In this document: positions 56,050 through 64,000 of the stretch, piece after piece
Layout: the number at the start of each line of letters is the position of its first letter
Numbering within the stretch: the stretch's first letter is position 1
Assembly (NCBI GenBank): GCA_031835245.2
Contig: JAVKOQ020000037.1
Location: 1 to 64,000, forward strand
Reading direction: 5' to 3'
DNA from: Balamuthia mandrillaris
Lineage: Eukaryota
Length of the DNA: 64,000 bases
Program-made: the position numbers and the translations under genes
Notes under the pieces: generated by a model
Seen by the model: only the letters and a program-made list of their open reading frames with translations
Databases searched by the model: none
What the model was told of the DNA's origin: nothing

Positions 56050-56094
<45 letters not shown>

Positions 56095-56163
56095 AACGTG
56101 ATTCCACTTTCTCCTTTAGAGCAGAGCCCTGAACAGTCCTTTAATTGGGATAGCTGGCAATGA
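55404..56163 (+). CDS. Coiled-coil, proline-rich protein with PRR11/MTFR1-like C-terminal motifs; start uncertain
   Basis: RLEREVKELRAEVERL coil, PPPPPP, ITAEVLQSCALKP, a 20-nt micro-exon ALQKKFK (55979-55998) and a last exon NVIPLSP...WQ*. Confidence 0.55.
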
Positions 56164-56544
56164 AGAATTCCAGAGGCCACCATTCCTGTTTGCTCGCTCT
56201 CTTGAGACCTTCATGGTGGCAGTGACCAATTGGTCTCTGCTTCGCTAGAAGAAGAAAAACAAACAACACACGCAGCCCATATGCATGGCCACCAGCATAG
56301 CACAACATTGATCTTGGTTGTTTGCCAGCGGGTGCTGACAACGTCGTGCGGCACCAAAGCAAATGGCTTCCTGTAGTCTCGTACCATTTTTTAAAAAAAT
56401 ACAAAAACTCTTGTGCCGGTGAGCACAACATTAAAAAGGCAATGGTAGCGGCACCCCTTCGACAAGCAACCCTTTAAACCAACAAACCAACCAACACAGG
56501 AGACGGGAAAGCAAGGGGAAGGAACAGCAACGCTGAAAGGAAGC

Positions 56545-57728
56545 ATGCAGCGGGGGAAACGGCCAAGAGGGAGGGTAAGGGTGCGCATGCTGTAGTCTGT
56601 GCGGAAGCGACTCGTTTGTTTAAAACACTGACGAAGAAGGACCCTTCACAACCAGGGTTGGCTGAAGGGGGTAGTGATGGTGACGGCACTGATCATGGTG
56701 AACATTTCGATACACTTTGTGTTGTTTGGCATCCACGCAAAGTGCGACTCGGAAGGAGAAGGAGCGTTCACAACGGGTGAGTATGTCCTTGCTCCCTCTT
56801 CCTGTCGAGACACTCATATACTCAAAACAAAATACCTCGAGGGAACCACAAGAAGCTGTCGTTGGGGAAAGGCAACATAGCGGTGGTGCGACCGTTCATC
56901 CCCTCCCACTTGGACCAGCTCCTCTCAGACATGGCCCGGTGGAACGAGGCCTCCTACTTTCCCTGTCCGCAGGAGGGAGGCGGTGCGCCTCCGGCCGGCG
57001 CTCACGGCAGCATGGAGCTGGTCTTCTACTTTAGCTACGACTTTGGGGCGGCTCCCGACGTCGTGCAACAGCTGGAGACGGCGTGGCGGACCTCCCTCTG
57101 GCGCCGCTGCTTCACCGGGATGAGCCTCCTCTCGGCAGGGCTGGACCCTGCCAAGGATGTCTACCTGCCAGGCCGACAGGGGAAGCCGGCCTCCGCCTCC
57201 TCCGGCCCCGTCGTCATGTTCTTTGACCTCTTTGAGCGGGAGGAGTTTTGGAGCCGCTTTGACTTCTTTCTGTTGATGGAGCCGGACGTGGTGGCCGTGA
57301 GGGAGGGCTGGCTCACCCAGCTCAGAGCCGAGTGCCTGGGGGAGCACCTCAACCAGGACTTTTGGATGAAGGGCAGCATGTACGTGGGTCGCAAGTACGT
57401 CTCCAACGAGCACCGGCCTGACCCCTGGCTCTACCACATCAACGGCAACGCCCTCTATCATGTCGGAGACCCTCAGCTGAGGGCCTTCATGAAGGAGGTC
57501 AGGGAGACGCAAGGCCTCGGCAACCCCTTTGACATTAGCATCTACGAGTACTGGCATGGCCGCTTCCTGTTATGTCAGGACGTGGTGCACAGGTTTCGGT
57601 ACACGCCCTATCTCCGGCACTATGGCGTGGCGTCCTACTCTCTCTCCGACCTGCGGGAGAACCATCCTCATACTTTTCTCGTTCATAAGAAGCTCAACTG
57701 CAACGAGTGTGACGAACCTACCGAGTAG
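56545..57728 (+). CDS. Type II membrane glycosyltransferase-like protein (GT-A-like); 5' exons uncertain
   Basis: TM exon VVMVTALIMVNISIHFVLFGI. Long GC-rich exon with FFLLMEPDVVAVREGWL, FWMKGS and HINGNALY. Confidence 0.6.
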
Positions 57729-58038
57729 CTTTTTTCTTCCTTGCTTCCTTCTGTTCCGCCTACGCTTCGTATTGCTTCTGCATTTTTGCTTCGTTCTCTT
57801 CCTTCCACCCCGACCACTCTTCGAATGGCGGTGGTGCCTCGGAAAGAAAGGAGGAAAGCGTTAATGATGCCTGCCCAACGCACCGGTCAAGCTGTTCGGA
57901 ACCAGCCAGACCACCAGCTATAATCAACTAGCCAGAGAGAGAGAGAAGAGAAGGAAGAGGGAACATGCCAGCAAGAATGAGACTTGCGCAAAGGAGCTGT
58001 AGGTAATGAAACGTTGTTATGAAATTGCCTACATTCTG

Positions 58039-58429
58039 TTACTTGGCCTTCTTCTTTTGAGCGATCATCTCTCCGGTGGTGAACGGATTCTCCTCTTCGT
58101 CGTGCTTCATGCTTTCGTTAAAGTCCGTCACGAACTCCAGGTGCCTCCTTCTGCGGAAGAAGTCCTCCGCCAACCGCTCGATAGGCTGGTTGTAGTTCAG
58201 GATGTCCACCGTACCATTAACTTAATGAGAGAGAGAGGGAGTGAATGGCATACAAGACAACGATCAGCATTTGTGTTAGTGTCGTAGCTGGTAGGGAGCA
58301 AAGCAGATTACGTACTGTACTCTACTTTGATTTCCGGTTCTATTTCGTCCTCCACCGCATGTACGTTAAAGTCGCAATCCTCAGCCTCCACAATAGAGCG
58401 GGTACTTCCGAATCGATTGCAAAACTCTC

Positions 58430-58472
<43 letters not shown>

Positions 58473-58649
58473 AAAATAATGAACAAAAAAAATCCCCCCA
58501 GCGTTTTTTAAACAAAAAAAAAAACACACTTACATGACGGTGGGATGTGCACGCCAAGGAGTCAAGCGCACGTCCACCTTCCTGCAATAGTAGAGGTCGT
58601 ACTTCTGTAGCCTCTGAAGGCGGCGCCACTGCCAACGCAACGTCGACAT
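58039..58649 (-). CDS. MRPL53: Mitochondrial ribosomal protein mL53-like (3 exons)
   Basis: Spliced reading MSTLRWQWRRLQRLQKYDLYYCRKVDVRLTPWRAHPTVIEFCNRF...CDFNVHAVEDEIEPEIKVEYINGTVDIL fits the V.V...P...F...C.....P.I.V.Y.NG pattern. Confidence 0.7.
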
Positions 58650-59232
58650 CTCTCGTCTCCTAGTACTTCTTTCGGTGGTTCCCTTTTTTTCCTTTGCTTC
58701 AACGATCGGTGCAATCGATCATGATTATTTCCAAAAAAGGTAACTGTCGACACTTTCACATTTAAAGAACATGAACCTAATAGTATGCTTACCATAATAG
58801 ATCAGCCTTCACCCTACGAGAACATCAAAGAAAACACAAAAAAGAAATAAAAAGAAGAAAGAAGAGAGCGAGAGAGGAAGGCTTCGTTTTGTTTTGCGTA
58901 GTGTGTTGGACGGAGGAGGTTCTTATTCTTCTTTTTTTTTTTGTTCTTTCAGTTTTATTTTTGGAGTTAAGCAGAGGACATTTGAAAAAAGACAATGAGG
59001 GTATGTAGTTGGTTTTTTTTGTCTCTTCAGAAAGAGTGTTGTTTCTCGGACTGATCCGTTTCTCCTCTGCTTCATTTCGCCTTCACCGAACTCATCCATG
59101 CAGAGTTCTCTACGTTTATTCGTTGGTGGACAACAACAGGTTTGTTGTGACACACACAATCCCTCTTTCGCTTTTTTTTTTGTTATCAAATTGTTTTGGG
59201 CAAAACCTAACCGACTGCAACCTTCGCAACCG

Positions 59233-59746
59233 ATGAGAGCAGCCTTCTTTGGGGCTTCTTCGCTCCGCTGCACACTTTCAGTTGCGTAGCCTGGCCACGG
59301 CCAGCACCGGCATGAAGTTCAAGCGAGAGACACCAGAGAACTTCTACCTGTGCTACGGGAGGGGCATGCTACCCTGCCTGGTGGACCTGCGCGAGCCGGA
59401 CGACCACCGCAAGGAAAACATCATCGGCTCTCACAGCCTGCCTCTCTCCAAGCTCAGCAAGGAGTTCATCGAGGAGAAGCTGCACGGCATCAGCCGGGTG
59501 GAGCCTCTCTTCCTCCACCACTCTGGCGGAGACAGGGCCGCGCCTGCCGCCCCGCACTTTGCCGGCTGCGGCTTCCAGGACGTACGAATACTGGAGGGAG
59601 GCGTCTTGGAGATCAGCCGAGACGCAGGCTTTACCATCGCGCGAGATGCCGAGTTTGCGGCCTTGCTCCAGAAGCGGCAAGAGGAGGAAGAGGCTAAGAA
59701 GAAGGCCGCCGCCGCTGCCGCCGGTGCTCCACCTCCAAAGAAGTAG
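59233..59746 (+). CDS. Intronless rhodanese-like protein lacking the catalytic Cys, probably mitochondrial; 1-nt indel near the start
   Basis: LVDLREPDDHRKENIIGSHSLPL, LFLHHSGGDRA and GFQDVRILEGG. The ATG at 59233 is out of frame by one base in a T/G run. Confidence 0.75.
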
Positions 59747-59933
59747 GTCCGCATTGGAAATAAATAACCCCTGTTTTTCTTTCTTTTGCTTCTTCCTTTG
59801 TCTCTTGCTCTTAACACCGCCATCGCAACGAGAGAGAGAGAGAGAGAGAGAGAGAGCGGGAGAAGAGGAGAGAGAGAAGAGAGAAGAGAGAAGAGGAGAG
59901 CGAAGAGGAGGGATAGCTGTGAAGCCGTTATGA

Positions 59934-60757
59934 TTAGGAAGGTAACAGCTCCGTCATGGAAGAGGAGGGAAGAGGAACGGAGGACGCAAAATCGTCTGCA
60001 GAGACGCGCTTGGCGGCGTAGTAGCCCAGCAGCGCCAAGCCAGCAAGGGACAGCACCACGACGCCCTGCTTGCGGTACGACTGCCTAAAAATGGATTGTG
60101 CAGCAGCGGAGGTGGAGCCAGACGAAGAAGAGGCGAGCTTGCTCTCGTCCAACTCCACGTCGAGGTGTTCGCTTAGCACCCGCTTGCAAAAGCGTACTAG
60201 GTTGTTGTGTTGCAGCACTATCTCGCGCAGCTTTGGGTTGGGCAATTGGCCCATCAACATAACAGCTAGGTGGCCCACTACCACCGCGTCCAACCTCCCT
60301 GGCCTGTCATGAATGCACATTTCGTTTGAGAGGAGGAGAAGGAGAAAAGGAAGAAGAGAGCACGAGAGCTGTTAGCTGGTGAGTAAAGGCAGCATACACG
60401 GGATGACGAACCTATCGCTACCATGAAAGTAGGGGTCAGTGCCTAACCGGTCGGAAAGTGCTCTACAGCAGGCGCTGGCTTCTTTGTATACCTTCACAGA
60501 GTATAACAGTCAATGGGTGCGAGACAGAGAGAGAAGCAAAGAAGAGAGGCGTGCTACATGGTCATCAGTGAGGGTGTGGAATGTAATTTCCAAGTCTTGC
60601 ATGACCTTACGAGTCCTTAGAATCGGCAATGCCACGCTGAGAGGGAATGTGGTACTATTGAAATGGGGCAGCCTTGAGATCTCTCCTCTGTTGTTCTTAT
60701 CAGCCCACCAATTGTATAACTTTGACCACAAAGTTCGAACGAGAGCAAGACGAGCGA

Positions 60758-60790
<33 letters not shown>

Positions 60791-61459
60791 ACAGGGTGAC
60801 AGAGAGAACGAGAAAAAAGATAGGAAAAAGCAGAAGAGGGTCAGTAGTGAATAAGCAGAGCATAGATGCAAGCATGGGTACCATGATGTTGTGAAGCTTG
60901 CTTTGGACGAGGTAGCTAAAGGCAGCCACATCGGCTCTTTCTTGGGCCGTGAGGCTGTGTGGCATGTGTCCCTGCATCGCAAATCCAATTAGGGCATGTG
61001 ACGTGCACTCGCGACAAGAAAGAAAGTCAAGAGCAAGCAACAAGCACACTACACTACTCTACTCTACCTGTTTTCCAAGTGGTCCAGAATGGCATCCAGG
61101 CCGCAATGCAGCCTTTCGCCTTCTTCAAGCGCTGGGAGTGAACCTTTGGAACGAAAAAAAAAGACTTATTGAGTATCATCTTTGAGTACCAAAGAAAGGC
61201 AAAGGCGAAAAAGAGAAAGAAAGAAAACACGAACCAGTGGTTGAGATGCCAGGATTGTTGCCATTGGCCACGCTAAACTCCACGCCAGTGAATCGCATGT
61301 ACGCCTGAGAGGGTGAGGAGGAAACTCGTCAGCACGCAAAACAAGAACACAAAACAAGTACGGTACATAACATACATAAGCCGACAAGCAAAACGGGTCA
61401 AACGTAGGCAGGCCCCATGCCGGCGAATGCTGATGCAAAACGCTCAGCCTCTTGCTCAT
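59934..61459 (-). CDS. Metaxin (SAM complex, GST-like fold) with a C-terminal TM anchor
   Basis: WGLPTFDPFCLSAY|AYMRF...GSLPAL, LYNWW, ALSDRLGTDPYFHG..RPGRLDAVVVGHL, LQHNNLVRFCKRV, and TM segment VVVLSLAGLALLGYY. Confidence 0.88.
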
Positions 61460-61690
61460 CCTCCTTTCTGTTGTACGTGGTTCTTTTTCTGGGAATCGCC
61501 TTCAGTTCGAATCCCAGTTGGTGCTCCTTTCTTTTTTTTTATTTCTGTTTCTGCCTGCACAGCGTCGGTTCGAATCCCGATCGAAGCGCTTCATCTAATT
61601 TTGATCTTTCCACCTTAATCTTAATCGGTAAAGAAAGAAAGATTAAGGTGGATGATCGCCAAACAAAAAAAAAAGCAAAAAGAAAGAGAA

Positions 61691-62980
61691 ATGTTGGCTG
61701 TAGCGGACAGCCACGGAGACGACGGCAAGCGCAGCGTGGAAGCGCGACCGAGCGAGGAGGACCAGGACTTTGATGACGCGGACGATGGCTTTTGCATCAA
61801 CTGGGACCTGTTGAAGAAGGCCGACCTCAACCCGCTGGAGCAGGAGCAAAGGGAAGCCGCGGCCGAGTTCCTCTTCTCCACCTTCCACATCAACGGGCAT
61901 GCCATCACCATACGCGAGCAGCCACAGCTGGGCATCGCCCATCAAGTCTGGAAAGCGGTTGGTTTTTTGTTTCCCCGCTCCAACAGCACGCCCCACTAAC
62001 TTTCTGAGGCCCTCAACCATTTTTTTAAACTCCTAGAGCATTGTTCTGGCGAAATATTTTGCCACGGAAGAGTACTTTCCACCACAAGCAGATGGGAGCT
62101 CTTGGTGGAGCGGTAAGACCGTTTTGGAGCTGGGGGCTGGCACCGGTATTCCAGGTTGTTCAAACAACACATTTTTTTTTGAATAGCTATTTTTTTTTTT
62201 TGAAAAAATGGCTGACTTCTTCTATTCCGTCTATTGTTGTTGAAGGTCTGTTGTTGGCGCGGTACGGAGCACGGGTTACCATCACGGACTTGCCACATGT
62301 GGTTCCGCAAATGGAGTGGAATGCTGACCACAACAAACCTCCTTCGCCTTTGGAGCCCTGTCGGGCTGCACCCTTAGCTTGGTATTGTTTGTTTCCCTTT
62401 TTGCGTTCGTGTTCTTTCTCCCTTCTATTCTTCCTCCTTGCCTTTTTTTTAAAAAAATATCACCTCAATTTCCTTTGCCAATGCTCTCTCTCTCACTCAC
62501 TCTCTCTCAAGGGGCGAAAAAAGCGAAGCTGTAACGGGTACATTTGATGTGATAATAGGAGCAGACGTGGTATATTGGGAACGCAACTTTGCACCACTAA
62601 TAGAAACGCTAAAGGTTTGTTGATGGCTGTCTTTTCAAAATAGATAAACAGAGAAACACGTTGTCATTATTGTTTGATGCAGGAACACAGCAATGACGAT
62701 ACAGTAATCTTCATGTCTTGGCAAAAGCGGAGAAAGGGCGACACCCTTTTCTTTCGGATGCTCAGCAAAACGTTTTCTTATGACGATGTACGCAACTCCT
62801 TTCTGTTTGTACATTTTGTTATAGTCTCCTCACCAACAAACGCCAAAGGTTGATTTCTCTCTTACTCCGTTGGAGGGCGCGGTGCCACCCAAGGCTCTCA
62901 AGAAGATGCACGTGTTGAAGGTCACTCGACGCAAAAAGAAAGACACAACGGCCCTCCCTCCTTCTCATTGTAATAACTGA
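61691..62980 (+). CDS. METTL21-like (family 16) protein lysine methyltransferase, multi-exon
   Basis: GIAHQVWKA|SIVLAKY, GKTVLELGAGTGIPGL, VTITDL, LAWG and FDVIIGADVVY. Confidence 0.9.
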
Positions 62981-63184
62981 ACCATCCCTTTCCTTATGTT
63001 CTCCCTTTTATTTATTAACTATTTATTGTTTGAAGCGAGTCCTCCCTATCCCTATCACTCTCCTTATCTCTTTTCTGTTTTGTTATGCTGAAAGATGTGT
63101 CACCGGATTCCTCCACTACAAAGAGAACCGATTGGTGAAAAGAACGGGCAGTGCTGCAGACACAGTGACATCGAATGGGACGTG

Positions 63185-63695
63185 CTCTCATGAGACCAAA
63201 AAATTGTAGCTGTTCATCGAGGGGGGGAATGGCGTTTGGCCGCCCCCCTCCGTCCAGAAACAGAGTGTCGTCTCATTGAGTAATTTCTTAAAGTTGATTT
63301 GAGGGGCCGTTTTTGGGTTTTATACTTTTCCACGTGTGGGCTTGCCATTGTGGGAGACAACGCAAGTGTGCCTTCTCTCGTGGGGGCGTGGAGGGCTTGA
63401 AACAGAGCAGGCAGCAGCCTGGCGACAACCGAGTGTGCTGACACGTTCACCATGACCCCAGGTTACCCTCTCCCTAGTCCTCAAAGCCCTGGTTCCAAGG
63501 GGGGCCCTCTTATTAAGCAGCACTTGAGGAGATAGTGCTATAGACAGAGTGTTCCTAGTTGAGGTCCTAGGGCTTTAGCCCGCTAGGCCTGGAAGCATTA
63601 CGTTTCTTCGCTGGAAAGTCAGGGCTGGAAGGGTAGCGAGACAAGAGAGGGGGTCCTCTTGTAGGAAGGGAAAGTACAAGGTCTGATTTTCACGT
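63185..63695. ncRNA. Candidate structured non-coding RNA, unidentified
   Basis: GC-rich segment with no convincing ORF and a chain of hairpins. Minus strand ends in hairpin-AATTTTTTGG-hairpin (Sm-site-like). Confidence 0.35.
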
Positions 63696-63943
63696 CGACC
63701 TGGCTAATACAAATCTCCGCGAAAATTCGATTCATCAGAACACAGGAACTTTGACCCCTCATGCCAATTCATGAATTTTTTTATTTCTATCCGCCGAAGA
63801 GAAAAGTGAAAAGCAACAAACGGAGCAAACCCGAGAGAGCGAGAGAGAGAAAGTTATCATTTGCTCTCCTACCTCACTCATTGTGGCCACAACACCCACC
63901 GACACACCACCGATACACGAGCTCAGCAGCTTTCGCCCTAGAA

Positions 63944-64000
63944 ATGAGCAGCGCCAGCGTTGAGGCTTTCCAACAAGGTTGCAGTTTGTTCGTGGATGAG
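63944..64000 (+). CDS. Possible first exon of a gene running off the window
   Basis: ATG AGC AGC GCC...CAA G|GT after an intergenic stretch; too short to identify. Confidence 0.25.
   Translation, partial: MSSASVEAFQQGCSLFVDE

Noticed and set aside
56925..57557. 210-aa antisense ORF
   Set aside because: Expected shadow of a GC3-rich coding exon on the plus strand.
61490..61590. tRNA gene
   Set aside because: B-box/T-loop motifs are present, but no acceptor stem, D-arm or anticodon arm could be built.
63300..63490. SRP RNA, RNase P/MRP, U3 or U17 identity for the structured element
   Set aside because: Only partial look-alikes are present (GAAACAGAGCAGG, GGAAAGTC, TGTTCCTA); the required helices and partner motifs are not in the correct arrangement.

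Overview
This is gene-dense, intron-rich eukaryotic DNA with short GT-AG introns, many of them containing (CT)n/(AG)n microsatellites. Gene style suggests a free-living amoebozoan (Acanthamoeba/Balamuthia-like); this is inference only. The first ~6.1 kb is a head-to-tail pair of ~3.23 kb non-LTR retrotransposon copies (APE-RT-CCHC). These are followed by a degenerate AT-rich repeat zone containing an ATGGTTT satellite and a MITE-like inverted repeat. About 18 mostly spliced genes follow: UTP20, a TRIP12/UPL3-type HECT ligase, a rhodanese, an Ig-fold DBD+IPT+ankyrin transcription factor, Ku70, a PTEN-C2-split PH/WD40-C2 protein, STN1, UFL1, an AlkB-like dioxygenase, a secreted EEP protein, DLAT, an F-box protein, a PRR11/MTFR1-like protein, a glycosyltransferase-like protein, mL53, a Cys-less rhodanese, metaxin and a METTL21-like methyltransferase. 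The highlights are: (1) a PH domain split by a whole WD40 region inside a PTEN-like protein; (2) a Polinton/virophage-like integrase remnant carrying an AT-rich intron, next to a virus-type 2-TM ORF; (3) an unexplained, highly structured ~500 nt non-coding segment with an Sm-site-like motif; (4) a transcription factor with NF-kB-like architecture; (5) a recurrent GTCGAC motif upstream of genes. Gene spans are manual start-to-stop estimates that include introns. No database searches were run.
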